Positions 9,100 to 19,615 are shown, counted from the stretch's first letter. The stretch: 64,000 nucleotides of DNA from Candidatus Omnitrophota bacterium (GCA_015233115.1 JADFYJ010000002.1:111216-175215); one strand, 5' to 3'. Made by a program: numbers and translations. Notes: generated by a model from the sequence alone, not told the origin.

Positions 9100-12000
9100 A
9101 TTTTCTAATTCCAATAAAAGATTATTAACTGGTGTTACGTTAATTATAACAGGTGTAAGCCCGTTAATACCATCTTTCATAAACATCTGTATTTGAGATG
9201 TATCATATTTTATTTCCGTTATATTGCCGGCACGACGGACATTCAGCTCATTCATATCAATACCTCCGACAGAAGAAGTTACCATCGCCTCATCAGAAAA
9301 AAATTCCGCCTCAATATCTTGATCTATTTTATCTTCTATAGTCAGTTGCATATCCGAAATAGCTTCAATTAACTCCGTGATTCTTTTTACCATATAATAT
9401 TTCACATTGGAAAAATTACCATCCTTGAGTTCCTCGCTATATATTTTTTCCAGTTCCATAAAAATATTTTTAAATGGCAATTGCCTAAATAAACTATTTT
9501 CCCCTCCCATTGTTAAAGCATAACCCAAGTATGTCCTTTGTCTGGCAACATCATCCACAGAAGGAACCGTGTAAACTTCAGTTTTATACTCATTACCCAA
9601 CGCAAGAGCCAAGCTGGCAACTTTAAATGAACTACCTAAATCTCCGCTTATTAACAAAGGGACTTGATATTTTCTTGTAATCTGAACGAGGATCCAAAAA
9701 ACCTCCACAACCTCCGGCCGGATCTGACTATAATACTCTCCATATTTAGGATCTGAACGATCAATATGAAACATGGATTTGATCAGATCAGAACTTCCAA
9801 TATCAATAAAATTTGATCTTTGCACAATATGTTCAAATTGAGATAAGGCGGTTATATCTTCAAAATAATAACCAATTTGAATTTGTTTTAACAATGCATT
9901 CAACCGGTTCTCTTCATTATCAATTTCACGCAAATTCAAAGCTCTTTTCTGAATCTGATGCTCTTTCACATACGCAGACATCTGTTCTTCAATTACGGCT
10001 GTTTGCGATTGTTTTAACATTTCATCGATCTTGTCCAAAGAAACCTTTTCATCGTTTCTTACATTAGGAAATGAAATTCCAAGCTTACCATTATTGACTT
10101 TCAAATACGCGCGGTTCAAACAGCGCAGCTGGCGAAGCCCAAATTCGTAAAATGGCATGTTGCCTTTTTTATCTTTATAAAAATAAAAAGCTATACCAGG
10201 ATAATTATTCAAAATATCCTGCAAAACAGCATCCGCATCATCGCCGCGTGTTCCTATATAATCACTTAAAATTTTTGGTATTTTATCTTTTTGAACATCA
10301 TACAATCGAGGTGTCCACAAGAATGAAACACCTTTTAAATCATTCTGAAACATATTGGCGCTCAAAATCTCCGTAAATATCGCTGTCATTATTTTTTCAT
10401 TTTCTTCTATATCTGGATATCGTTCAATATATTCTTTAAATATGACTTCAATTCGGCTTAATCCGACCCCTGTCCCGCCTTCCCGCAATGCTTTACCTTC
10501 AAGAATTTCACTCTTAGTTTCATGAACATCGACAGGAGAAGTAAATAAATAATGTCCATCCACATTCAAAGGGTTCTTGGTTTTAATCTGATTAAACTTT
10601 CTTTTTATCCCATGCCTGTGCATTTCTTGCAAGCCTTCATACATCTCTTGCCAATTAGGTTTTATAACAATTCTTGGCTGTCCAGTGCCGCGCCATTTAC
10701 CATACAAAATTACTTTATCGCCTTTTTTAATGTTATAAGTTTTTCCGCCATAATTTTCTACTCCAGTTATTGCTACCCCTCCTTGCGTTTTTATATCTTT
10801 AGGTGCATGCGCGGATGGTGTCCCCCGGTTCCAAATCAACCCGACAATGTTGGGATATTTTTCTTTAAGCTGAGCCAAGCCATTATACGTCACTTCCTTG
10901 ACAGATGGGTCAACCACAATCACAACAGGCTTATCCGTAATTTTTTTACTTGATGCGCTAGATTCTTTATATGTAAAAATACTTAATTCAAAAATTAAAT
11001 CATCAAAATTTTTATGAGACTCTCCTTTAAAAATATTAATTCGTTCAACGTCTTCTAAACTAAAATTTTCTTCCAAAGGCATGTTAGCATTAATCGCAGC
11101 TAAAAATGAAGCAATAGCCTCTTCAATAGTCAAAGCTTGTTTTGAAATTTTTTCTTTTATAAAACGCGCGAATAAATCTCTAAGATATATAAAATCTTCA
11201 TTTTCATCTGCAAATTTTTTTAAAAACCCTAATTTCTCCGCATCAGGCGTCTTAAAATATTCGATAAACTTTGAGCCAATACTTTCTCCATTTTTTTTCT
11301 GGCTTCTCAGCCGATTCAATAAAAATTTATTCCAAGCGTTGTGCAATGCTTCTTCAAAACGATTTTTTTGCGCCTCAATCAAAACCTCCGCGCGTTCCGA
11401 TGTTGTTCCGGGAGAAAAAACATAATGTTGACTGTGAATCCGGTTCTCAATAAATGGCAAACTCGCCATCTGTTCCTCAAGGTTATCAATAGACGACCTT
11501 AGAAAAGGTTTATTAATAGCCTTGAGCTGACTTAAATTGGTTTGAATATGCCGACGATACCGTTTCAAAAATTCATGCGCTGAAAAAGGCGCCATAGCAG
11601 GTCGCACTCCCGTTGGTTTTTCTCCCTCCATCTCTTTTAACAGTTTGACCACAACATGATCGTACATAAACCAAGTTCTTTGCAACAACGCACCTTTTTG
11701 TTCTTCATCAATTGATTTATCTAGCATTATTAAATCTTCGTTGGACAAACGAAACCGGACCACATTTTCCGCGGTGGGATTTAAATCCAAATTTTGTTTC
11801 GCTTTTAAATAATCAGAGATCAATTTCGAATAACGATCCATTTTCGTTCCATAAGCATTGTTTAATACCCGCGCTGCAGCAGCCCGCAGATATTGAAATC
11901 TTTCTTCTTTTGCTTCTTTAATACCAATATCCCTATGAGCTAATAAATCTTCCACTAAGCGGCTATAGAAAATCTTTAAAATCCGAAAAGTGACTTTTTT

Positions 12001-13833
12001 TCTCTCTTCATTTTCAAACTGCAAACTTTCCCCTTTTTCGTTTAATCTTTTTTGAAAAAATTTTTCTAATTCAGTAAAATTTTTATTGCGAAGTGATATA
12101 ACCGCGCGATAGGCAAAAGACGGATTTTCTTCTAAACGTTGGAGCACATATTGCTTTGATTCTTCAAGCATGAGTTGCAACGTGTCTGAATGAACCGGCC
12201 TTCGCTTTAACAATAATTGAAAAATTTTTTCAAAATACTGTTGTTTCTCAACTATCTTCATTTTAATTTCAGATTCCGTGTCAAATGGCTGATAAATCGG
12301 ATAGCGTAAGCCATCTTCCATTCCCTCGCCTGAATACCAAACGGCCTCACCAATGGCGACTCCTTCATTTCTTCCTGACGTTCCAGTTTGAATTTCAATT
12401 TGATTAATCCCAGGCCTTCGGTTCTCGACAAACGGAAAACCCTCCTCATTAACAAGAAAATTACGAACATGTTCTTCGGTGATTTGTTCAGCAAATTTTG
12501 ATAATACCCCCATTTTTAATAATCGCGCCTTAAATCTAACAACCAGTTCAGAAACAACCGCGTTTAAATCGGTCAAAATTGTTTGCGGGATTTCTCCTTT
12601 ATTCCTTTCAAGGATCAACTCATAAAATATCGGATAAAAAGCTTCTTGAACTTCGGGATATTCAAAAACTTTAGGTATGCCTGATACCATGGCACGATCT
12701 GGTAATCCCGCCGAATTTAACACATTAGCTTCAATTCTCAGTAATCTGCCTTGCGGGGCAATCTGTGCCGAACTGTGTTTAATGTTCATGGCAAAATCCA
12801 TGGTTTTATCAATACCTCCGGAAAAATACTTGCGCGGGATCAATTGCTGTGAAACAGGGTCATATTCTTCTTTAATAAATCCAAAACTCCCTTTTTGGTA
12901 TTTTTCCAAATATAAATTGTAAATCGTTTGAGTCTCCGCGCGGTCTACTGGATCAATACCTTTGGTTTTATTCTTATCAAAATATAATCTTGCCAAAACC
13001 CCATCCACAATTCTCTGTTTATACCATTTGGCTAAAATCAAAGAATAAAAAATTTGCCTGATTTGGATAAAATTATTGCCTTCATTGACCTCTTTTTCAA
13101 TAGCCGGAAGTATAATTTGTTTCATCAATTGTGACATGACCGGAGACGTTATATTTGCATTTTTAATATCTTTAATCTTATTCCCCTCATAATCCTGATC
13201 CATCAGGACTTTCAAATGACTATCAATGACGTATGCATTTAATCCATTTTCATAAACTGTAGCCTTTTCTGGAACAATCCAAACTTTATTAAGAATGCCT
13301 TGAGGAATTTCAAAAGAGTTGTTCTTCCCGCGAAAGCGAGGGTCACGCGATTGAATTTTATAAATCCTCTCCCAAAAATCAGCCCCTAAACGAGTGTTTG
13401 GATTCATCAACGCAGAAGTCATTTGTTTCAACACATAATCTTGATTCAACATATCTCGTCCTAATTCGGTCTGGGAGAGTGAATCAGGAATAATCCGTTT
13501 TTTTTCGTAGGGGGATAGATTCACCCAAATATCTCCTTTGGGGATGGTAAGTGCGGCAAGAAAATAACTAATTAGCCGTTGAGATTCATTTTTCGCTTTT
13601 TCCTGAGAAAAACCACTTTGACCTAAATCGACTATAAAATCAAAACGGAAAGGATTTTCCGGATGAAGGCTTAGCCCTTTCATTAACAGCGGCTCGATTG
13701 GAGAATTTAAAATCAAATTTTCTGAAACTGAAGGCAATATTTGGGCATAAGAAAACGGTGATATAAAACCGCTAACAAAACATATAAGTATTAATATATT
13801 TATAAATCGTTTTAACATAACCAATGCTCCCAA
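9091..13833 (-). CDS. giant (1580 aa) signal-anchored protein with PEP-utilizing-enzyme-like mobile and TIM-barrel domains; possibly catalytically altered
   Basis: N-terminal hydrophobic signal/anchor; middle region resembles PEP-utilizer mobile domain (NRGTPSAHAP...GGVAITGVEN...IKKGDKV); C-terminus resembles PEP-utilizer C-terminal domain (FIDIGSSDLIKSMFHIDRSD ~ FSIGTNDLTQYTLAVDRGN; ISGDLGSS at position of CGELAGD). Confidence 0.5.
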   Translation of the reverse strand: MGALVMLKRFINILILICFVSGFISPFSYAQILPSVSENLILNSPIEPLLMKGLSLHPENPFRFDFIVDLGQSGFSQEKAKNESQRLISYFLAALTIPKGDIWVNLSPYEKKRIIPDSLSQTELGRDMLNQDYVLKQMTSALMNPNTRLGADFWERIYKIQSRDPRFRGKNNSFEIPQGILNKVWIVPEKATVYENGLNAYVIDSHLKVLMDQDYEGNKIKDIKNANITSPVMSQLMKQIILPAIEKEVNEGNNFIQIRQIFYSLILAKWYKQRIVDGVLARLYFDKNKTKGIDPVDRAETQTIYNLYLEKYQKGSFGFIKEEYDPVSQQLIPRKYFSGGIDKTMDFAMNIKHSSAQIAPQGRLLRIEANVLNSAGLPDRAMVSGIPKVFEYPEVQEAFYPIFYELILERNKGEIPQTILTDLNAVVSELVVRFKARLLKMGVLSKFAEQITEEHVRNFLVNEEGFPFVENRRPGINQIEIQTGTSGRNEGVAIGEAVWYSGEGMEDGLRYPIYQPFDTESEIKMKIVEKQQYFEKIFQLLLKRRPVHSDTLQLMLEESKQYVLQRLEENPSFAYRAVISLRNKNFTELEKFFQKRLNEKGESLQFENEERKKVTFRILKIFYSRLVEDLLAHRDIGIKEAKEERFQYLRAAAARVLNNAYGTKMDRYSKLISDYLKAKQNLDLNPTAENVVRFRLSNEDLIMLDKSIDEEQKGALLQRTWFMYDHVVVKLLKEMEGEKPTGVRPAMAPFSAHEFLKRYRRHIQTNLSQLKAINKPFLRSSIDNLEEQMASLPFIENRIHSQHYVFSPGTTSERAEVLIEAQKNRFEEALHNAWNKFLLNRLRSQKKNGESIGSKFIEYFKTPDAEKLGFLKKFADENEDFIYLRDLFARFIKEKISKQALTIEEAIASFLAAINANMPLEENFSLEDVERINIFKGESHKNFDDLIFELSIFTYKESSASSKKITDKPVVIVVDPSVKEVTYNGLAQLKEKYPNIVGLIWNRGTPSAHAPKDIKTQGGVAITGVENYGGKTYNIKKGDKVILYGKWRGTGQPRIVIKPNWQEMYEGLQEMHRHGIKRKFNQIKTKNPLNVDGHYLFTSPVDVHETKSEILEGKALREGGTGVGLSRIEVIFKEYIERYPDIEENEKIMTAIFTEILSANMFQNDLKGVSFLWTPRLYDVQKDKIPKILSDYIGTRGDDADAVLQDILNNYPGIAFYFYKDKKGNMPFYEFGLRQLRCLNRAYLKVNNGKLGISFPNVRNDEKVSLDKIDEMLKQSQTAVIEEQMSAYVKEHQIQKRALNLREIDNEENRLNALLKQIQIGYYFEDITALSQFEHIVQRSNFIDIGSSDLIKSMFHIDRSDPKYGEYYSQIRPEVVEVFWILVQITRKYQVPLLISGDLGSSFKVASLALALGNEYKTEVYTVPSVDDVARQRTYLGYALTMGGENSLFRQLPFKNIFMELEKIYSEELKDGNFSNVKYYMVKRITELIEAISDMQLTIEDKIDQDIEAEFFSDEAMVTSSVGGIDMNELNVRRAGNITEIKYDTSQIQMFMKDGINGLTPVIINVTPVNNLLLELENGV

Positions 13834-13934
13834 ACTCTACTTTATATTTTCAATCTTTTCCTATAGCCTATGGCCTCAGTTTAAAGTATGCCATGGACTC
13901 TTACGTTATTGCCAATATTTTTTAATTAATAGTA

Positions 13935-14681
13935 TTAATATTTAACTGACACTAAACATAATCCCTGCGGTTTAGCTGTTTCAGGAGCCATTGTGCGGTC
14001 TTTTTGGGTGAGGATACGCTTAACGCTTCCTTTGGGAAGCTTGCCTGTGCCGACAGCTAATAATGTGCCGACAATATTACGGACCATTTTGTAAAGAAAA
14101 CCATTAGCCGTAATATCAATGGTTATGATGTCACCGGTCTTTTTTATAGTTAACGCTTTAACCGTACGAACCGTACTTTCATCTTTGCGGTTGACATCCG
14201 AGTTTTGAAATGATTTAAAATCCTGTTTCCCGACCAAGCATTTTGCTTCAGAACGCATCAGGGCGACATTCAAATCATACGGGAATAATAAACAAATATT
14301 GCGGTTAACCGAACTTCTCACCTCGCGGTTCAAAATGGTATAGCGGTAAGTTTTTTCTTTCACGCTATACTGCGCGTGAAAATCTTTATCAACTTCTTCG
14401 ATCTTGGTAATGACAATATCCGCGGGCAAGGTACCATTTAAAGCTTTGTGGAGTTTTTCAAGCGGCATAGGTGAACTGATCCGGAAATGCGCTACCTGGC
14501 CTAAAGCATGAACCCCGCTATCCGTCCGTCCTGAACCAAGGATCGGCACCCTTTTCTTAAAAATCTTGGTGAACGAAGCTTCAATTTCACCTTGAACCGT
14601 GCGGAACCGTTTAGCCTGCATCTGCCAACCGCTAAAATTCGTGCCGTCGTATTCTATGGTGATTTTGATTGTTCGTAACAC
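13935..14681 (-). CDS. truA: tRNA pseudouridine(38-40) synthase
   Basis: 248 aa, IEYDGTNFSGWQ and GSGRTDSGVHALGQV catalytic-Asp motif. Confidence 0.85.
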   Translation of the reverse strand: MLRTIKITIEYDGTNFSGWQMQAKRFRTVQGEIEASFTKIFKKRVPILGSGRTDSGVHALGQVAHFRISSPMPLEKLHKALNGTLPADIVITKIEEVDKDFHAQYSVKEKTYRYTILNREVRSSVNRNICLLFPYDLNVALMRSEAKCLVGKQDFKSFQNSDVNRKDESTVRTVKALTIKKTGDIITIDITANGFLYKMVRNIVGTLLAVGTGKLPKGSVKRILTQKDRTMAPETAKPQGLCLVSVKY

Positions 14682-15683
14682 TTAAATAATCTTCATTTTG
14701 ATCATTTCTTCGGCGATCTGGATGGCGTTTAAGGCTGCGCCTTTGCGTAAATTGTCTGATACCACCCACAAGTTTAAACCATTGGCAATGCTTTCATCTT
14801 CACGGATACGGCCGACAAAAGTATCATCTTTGCCTTCGATAAATAACGGCATCGGATAGATACTTTTCGATAAGTCGTCCATGACCGTCACACCCGGTGC
14901 CTTAGATAATAATTCAATCGCTTTTTCGCGGGTAATTTTTTTCTCGGTTTCAATATTAACCGATTCAGAATGCGCGCCAAATACCGGAACGCGGACGCAG
15001 GTGGCCGTCACCTGGATAGAATTATCACCCATGATTTTTTTAGTTTCATTCACCATTTTAATTTCTTCTTTGGTGTAATGATTAGGTAAAAACACATCAA
15101 TCTGCGGAATTAAATTCTGCGCGATTTGGAATTGAAATTTTTTCACCGTCATATCGCCTTTGAGCTGATGGCGAAGTTCATCCACAGCTTCCGCGCCTGC
15201 TCCGGATACGGCCTGATAAGTCGACACCACAATTCTTTTAATTTTGGCATAATCATGAAGCGGTTTGAGCGCGACCAGCATTTGTATCGTCGAACAATTT
15301 GGATTCGCGATAATATTTTTATGTTTGCGGATATCTTCAGGATTCACCTCCGGCACAACTAAAGGAACATCATCATGCATACGGAAGAAACTGGTGTTAT
15401 CAATAACCACACATCCAGCTTTGGCAGCGTGCGGCGCGAATTCCGCGCTAATTTCAGCTCCCGGAGAAAATAAACCAATATCAATCCCTTTAAAAGCGTC
15501 AGGAGTCAATTTGGTTAATTTAACTTCCTTACCGTTGATCTCATATTTACGGTTCGCTTCACCCGGATTACGCGATAATAAATGCAGTTCATTAACCGGA
15601 AATTTACGTTCTTTCAAAATCTCGAACATACAATTTCCGACAGCACCTCGGATCCCTACGATACAAACATTATATTTTTTCAT
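14682..15683 (-). CDS. asd: aspartate-semialdehyde dehydrogenase
   Basis: 333 aa, N-terminal Rossmann VGIRGAVG, NPNCSTI active-site Cys region; stop abuts truA start. Confidence 0.85.
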   Translation of the reverse strand: MKKYNVCIVGIRGAVGNCMFEILKERKFPVNELHLLSRNPGEANRKYEINGKEVKLTKLTPDAFKGIDIGLFSPGAEISAEFAPHAAKAGCVVIDNTSFFRMHDDVPLVVPEVNPEDIRKHKNIIANPNCSTIQMLVALKPLHDYAKIKRIVVSTYQAVSGAGAEAVDELRHQLKGDMTVKKFQFQIAQNLIPQIDVFLPNHYTKEEIKMVNETKKIMGDNSIQVTATCVRVPVFGAHSESVNIETEKKITREKAIELLSKAPGVTVMDDLSKSIYPMPLFIEGKDDTFVGRIREDESIANGLNLWVVSDNLRKGAALNAIQIAEEMIKMKII

Positions 15684-15716
15684 AATAACCTCGACACATT
15701 TGAAAATCTTAATATA

Positions 15717-15785
15717 TGGTTTTTAGTTTTTGGTTGGTGGTTTTTGGTTGTTGAAACAATTCTATTTTCCAAACAACTAACAATA
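15717..15785. repeat. family C element copy
   Basis: GGTTTTTAGTTTTTGGTTGGTGGTTTTTGGTTGTTG...CCAAACAACTAACAA. Confidence 0.6.
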
Positions 15786-15830
15786 TTCACGCATTTAATT
15801 ATTTAATAATAATTTTTTGCTATAATTGTT

Positions 15831-15870
15831 GAAATTGATTGCTTTTTCCAATAACCAAAAACCATCAACC
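15831..15870. repeat. family C element, right-arm-only copy
   Basis: TTGCTTTTTCCAATAACCAAAAACCATCAACCATCAACC. Confidence 0.55.
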
Positions 15871-15882
15871 ATCAACCGTTTA

Positions 15883-16938
15883 TTATAAATTTCTTACCAC
15901 CAGATCCCCAACTTCCGTCGTGGAATATCCCATTTTTTTAGCGGCTAAATCCGCCATTTTTGTAGTCACAACTGTGCGGACAGATTTTTCAATTTTCTCT
16001 GCGGCATTTGTTTCGCCGATCTGTTTTAAAAGCATTCCAGCAGCGGAAATCGCGGCCAGCGGATTAATCACATTTAAACCTGTATATTTTGGCGCGGATC
16101 CACCGATAGGCTCAAACATAGATACGCCATTCGGATTAATATTACCACCTGCGGCTATTCCCATCCCGCCTTGAATCATGGCGCCCAAATCAGTAATGAT
16201 ATCACCGAACATGTTATCCGTCACAATCACGTCAAACCATTCCGGGTTCTTAACAAACCACATGGTCGTCGCATCGACATGAGCATATTCTTTTTTAACA
16301 TCCGGATATTCCTGGCCGACTTCATTAAAAGTTCTTTCCCAAAGATCAAACGCGAAAGTCAAAACATTGGTCTTTCCACAAAGCAAAAGCTGTTTACGTT
16401 TTCCGAATTTACGGGTATATTCAAACGCGTAACGGATACAACGTTCCACACCTTTACGAGTGTTGTAAGAAATCTGGATCGCAACTTCTTCCGGCGTTCC
16501 TTTATTCTGAAACTCGCCCAAGCCTTTATACAAACCTTCCGAATTTTCACGGATGACCGTAAAATCCACGTCTGCCGGTTTCTTCCCTTTAATCGGGCAA
16601 AACCGTTCGTCAAAAAGCTGAACCGGACGCAAATTAATATATTGATCGAGGTCAAAACGCAATTTCAGCAAAATCCCTTTTTCCAAAATACCCGGTTTAA
16701 CATCCGGATGCCCGATCGCGCCTAAGAAAATCGCGTCAAATTTTTTGAGATCTGATATAGCTGATTCCGGAAGCACTTCTTTAGTACGCAAATACCGTTC
16801 ACCACCGAAATCAAACATGGTTTTTTCATATTTGAACCCACATTGACTTGAAACCGCGTCCATGACTTTTAAACCTTCACGAACCACTTCCGGCCCAGTC
16901 CCATCGCCGCCAATGACTGCAATTTTGTAAGATTTCAT
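15883..16938 (-). CDS. isocitrate / 3-isopropylmalate dehydrogenase family (NAD-dependent beta-decarboxylating dehydrogenase)
   Basis: 351 aa, NMFGDIITD family signature and NLRPV motif; no leuCD nearby so substrate not assignable. Confidence 0.75.
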   Translation of the reverse strand: MKSYKIAVIGGDGTGPEVVREGLKVMDAVSSQCGFKYEKTMFDFGGERYLRTKEVLPESAISDLKKFDAIFLGAIGHPDVKPGILEKGILLKLRFDLDQYINLRPVQLFDERFCPIKGKKPADVDFTVIRENSEGLYKGLGEFQNKGTPEEVAIQISYNTRKGVERCIRYAFEYTRKFGKRKQLLLCGKTNVLTFAFDLWERTFNEVGQEYPDVKKEYAHVDATTMWFVKNPEWFDVIVTDNMFGDIITDLGAMIQGGMGIAAGGNINPNGVSMFEPIGGSAPKYTGLNVINPLAAISAAGMLLKQIGETNAAEKIEKSVRTVVTTKMADLAAKKMGYSTTEVGDLVVRNL

Positions 16939-16962
16939 AATTATATCCTTTGTTAAAGCATG

Positions 16963-18210
16963 CTAATTTTCAAATTTTTTAACAACAACCGTCGCATTAT
17001 GTCCGCCGAAACCTAATGAATTGGACATGGCCACGCGCACATTGACTTTACGCGCTTGATTCGGCACATAGTCCAGATCACAATCCGGATCAGGCGTTTC
17101 ATAATTGATTGTCGGAGGAACAATATTATCCCGGATCGCCATAACGCAGGCGATTAACTCAATGCCGCCGGCTGCCCCAAGCAAATGGCCGGTCATGGAT
17201 TTGGTCGAACTCACCGGAACTTTTTTCGCGAGGTCTCCAAACAATTTTCTAATCGCTAATGATTCAATCTTGTCATTCATCTGCGTGGATGTCCCGTGCG
17301 CGTTGATATAGGAAATATCTTTAAGCGTTAATCCGGCATCCGCAATCGCGTATTTCATCGCGTTAACCGCGCCCGTTCCTTCTGGATGAGGCGCTGTAAT
17401 GTGATACGCGTCTGATGTGCGGCCGTACCCCACGCATTCTGCTAAAATTTTAGCTCCGCGTTTTTGCGCGTGCTCTAAAGTTTCTAATACCATGACTCCG
17501 CACCCTTCACCCATGACAAACCCATCCCGGTTTTTGTCAAACGGTCGGGACGCGTGTTCAGGATTATCATTCCGTTCCGATAAAGCTTTTAACGCACAGA
17601 AGCCACCTAAACCTAGAATAGTTGTCGCACTTTCTGTTCCGCCAGCAATAATCACATCCGCATCGCCATATTGCAGAAACCGCATCGCATCACCAATCGC
17701 ATTCGTCCCAGTCGCGCAGGCGGTTGTGACACACGTCGCAAAACCTGTGGAACCGATATCCATGGAAACCTGTCCGGCTGCCTCGTTTAAAATCACCCGC
17801 GGGATAAAATGCGGAGAAATGCGGTCCGGCCCCTTCTCTAAATATTTGGCATACTCAACCTCGCAAGAATGAATACTGCCAATGCCTGATCCGATCAAAA
17901 CCGCTACCCGGTCAGGATCTGTTTCTTTGCGGACATCCAGATTAGCGTGCTTCAATGCCTCTCGAGTCGCGGCAATTGCATACTGCACAAACTTGGCCTT
18001 ATTTCGAGCATCCTTAATATTAAAAAATTCTTCTGGATTATAATCTTTCACTTCAGCGGCAAAACGAGTCGGAAAACGGGAAACATCAAACGTCGTAATC
18101 GGTCCGACTCCGCTTTTTCCTTCGACCAATGCCTGCCAAAATTTCTCCACACCGCTTCCAACCGGAGAAATAACGCCCATTCCTGTGATAACAACGCGTT
18201 TTTTATTCAT
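16963..18210 (-). CDS. fabF: 3-oxoacyl-ACP synthase II
   Basis: 415 aa KAS-II, active-site Cys region ACATG, HGTSTQ and GHLLGAAG motifs. Confidence 0.9.
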   Translation of the reverse strand: MNKKRVVITGMGVISPVGSGVEKFWQALVEGKSGVGPITTFDVSRFPTRFAAEVKDYNPEEFFNIKDARNKAKFVQYAIAATREALKHANLDVRKETDPDRVAVLIGSGIGSIHSCEVEYAKYLEKGPDRISPHFIPRVILNEAAGQVSMDIGSTGFATCVTTACATGTNAIGDAMRFLQYGDADVIIAGGTESATTILGLGGFCALKALSERNDNPEHASRPFDKNRDGFVMGEGCGVMVLETLEHAQKRGAKILAECVGYGRTSDAYHITAPHPEGTGAVNAMKYAIADAGLTLKDISYINAHGTSTQMNDKIESLAIRKLFGDLAKKVPVSSTKSMTGHLLGAAGGIELIACVMAIRDNIVPPTINYETPDPDCDLDYVPNQARKVNVRVAMSNSLGFGGHNATVVVKKFEN

Positions 18211-18284
18211 ATTTTTTTCAATTTTGTATAGACAGAGACCTCGGCGAATGCCGAGGTCTGAGTTAATATAGAATCTTACCCAAA

Positions 18285-18524
18285 TTACGCTTTGGGAGAT
18301 TTTTCTTGGATGTATTTCATAGCATCCCCGACTGTCGTCATTTTTTCCGCGTCTTCATCCGGAATTTCTACGTTGAATTCTTCTTCCAATGCCATAATTA
18401 ACTCAACTGTGTCCAACGAATCAGCACCCAAATCATCAATAAATGATGCTTCATTGGTTACTTCTTCAATTTTCACGCCGAGCTGTTCTGCTATGATTGA
18501 TTTAACTTTGTCTTCAACTGCCAT
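18285..18524 (-). CDS. acpP: acyl carrier protein
   Basis: 79 aa, [20 protein letters not shown] phosphopantetheine site. Confidence 0.9.
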   Translation of the reverse strand: MAVEDKVKSIIAEQLGVKIEEVTNEASFIDDLGADSLDTVELIMALEEEFNVEIPDEDAEKMTTVGDAMKYIQEKSPKA

Positions 18525-18581
18525 TTTTGGTAGCCTCCTTCTTTAACCCTATATTGGTTATTGTTCTCGTTGCCTTTATCG

Positions 18582-19322
18582 TTACATCGCCATCCCCCCA
18601 TCAACGATAATGACCTGTCCTGTGATATAATCCGCCATATCAGAGGCTAGAAAAAGACAGGCATTGGCTACGTCTCTGGGTGTTCCCATCCTTGCTAATG
18701 GAACATTTTTAAGAATTTCTTCGCTGGCTTTCTCACTCAATTTATCTGTCATGTCCGTTTTAATAAATCCCGGAGCGACAGCGTTTGAAGTGATTCCCCG
18801 TGACGCGAACTCTTTTGCAATAGATTTGGTAAAACCAATAATGCCCGCTTTACTGGCTGAATAATTGGCCTGACCAGCGTTTCCGATAACACCGATGATC
18901 GAAGCGATATTGATAATCTTTCCCTTGCGGGCTTTCATCATGCTTCGGATCGCGGTTTTCGTGACGTTAAATACGCCTTTTAAATTAACCGTTATGACCG
19001 CATCCCAATCTTCTTCGCTCATCCGGATCAATAAATTGTCTTTAGTGATGCCGGCATTGTTAACTACTATATCTATGGACTTATACTTGTCAAGAATTTT
19101 ATTGATCAAATCTTCAACTTCAGCGGATTTGGTCACATTACAGGGGAAACTGTCAGCCTTATAACCCTTTTGCACGAATTCTTGAGCAGTTTTGGCGGAT
19201 GATTCTGCGTTCACATCAGAAATAATGACTAATGCCCCTTCTTGAGCAAAGGCTTCAGCAATCTCCCTGCCAATACCGCGGGCAGAACCTGTAATTAAAG
19301 CGACTTGATTGTTTAACCTCAT
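18582..19322 (-). CDS. fabG: 3-oxoacyl-ACP reductase (SDR)
   Basis: 246 aa SDR, TGSARGIG cofactor motif, YSASK catalytic motif, adjacent to acpP-fabF. Confidence 0.85.
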   Translation of the reverse strand: MRLNNQVALITGSARGIGREIAEAFAQEGALVIISDVNAESSAKTAQEFVQKGYKADSFPCNVTKSAEVEDLINKILDKYKSIDIVVNNAGITKDNLLIRMSEEDWDAVITVNLKGVFNVTKTAIRSMMKARKGKIINIASIIGVIGNAGQANYSASKAGIIGFTKSIAKEFASRGITSNAVAPGFIKTDMTDKLSEKASEEILKNVPLARMGTPRDVANACLFLASDMADYITGQVIIVDGGMAM

Positions 19323-19369
19323 GTGTCTGTTCCCTTATATATACCGTTATTTTAAGTTCTAACTAATTC

Positions 19370-19436
19370 GGTTGATAGTTGATCGTTTTTAGTTTTTGGA
19401 AACAGCAAATGGTGTCATAACCAACAACCCAAAACG
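19370..19436. repeat. family C element copy
   Basis: GGTTGATAGTTGATCGTTTTTAGTTTTTGGAAACAGCAAAT...ATAACCAACAACCCAAAAC. Confidence 0.65.
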
Positions 19437-19532
19437 CACAAGTTAATATCCTGTACCCGTGAAACAAAACCATATTATCAACATGTCTTGGTTTTGCAAG
19501 CAAAAAAAATAAAATATTTTTTTCCCTATTTA

Positions 19533-19609
19533 TGGTTGATAAGTTTTTGCTTTTTGAAAAAAACGATTAGTTTTAGCAACCAACAACCAAAAACCAACAA
19601 CCAAAAACC
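19533..19609. repeat. family C element copy
   Basis: GGTTGATAAGTTTTTGCTTTTTGAAAAAAACGATTAG...CAACCAACAACCAAAAACCAACAACCAAAAACC. Confidence 0.65.
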
Positions 19610-19615
19610 AATTAA

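Noticed and set aside
13834-13934. tRNA or other stable RNA genes in the larger intergenic gaps (13834-13934, 33267-33576, 58500-58722)
   Set aside because: No cloverleaf-compatible segments, no GTTCGAATC-type T-arm and no CCA-ending acceptor stems were recognised. Only the riboswitch-like structure at 33577-33706 looked RNA-like.
15265-15726. Plus-strand ORFs of 150-250 aa lying antisense inside large minus-strand genes (15265-15726, 16171-16725, 17417-17872, 25433-25801, 30213-30674, 50450-50971, 55679-56407 and similar)
   Set aside because: Each is fully embedded opposite a gene with strong family-level identity (asd, the dehydrogenase, fabF, hisJ-like, nifS, the cytochrome and the antiporter). 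They have low-complexity or Ser/Pro/Arg-rich composition typical of antisense frames and no RBS or motif support.
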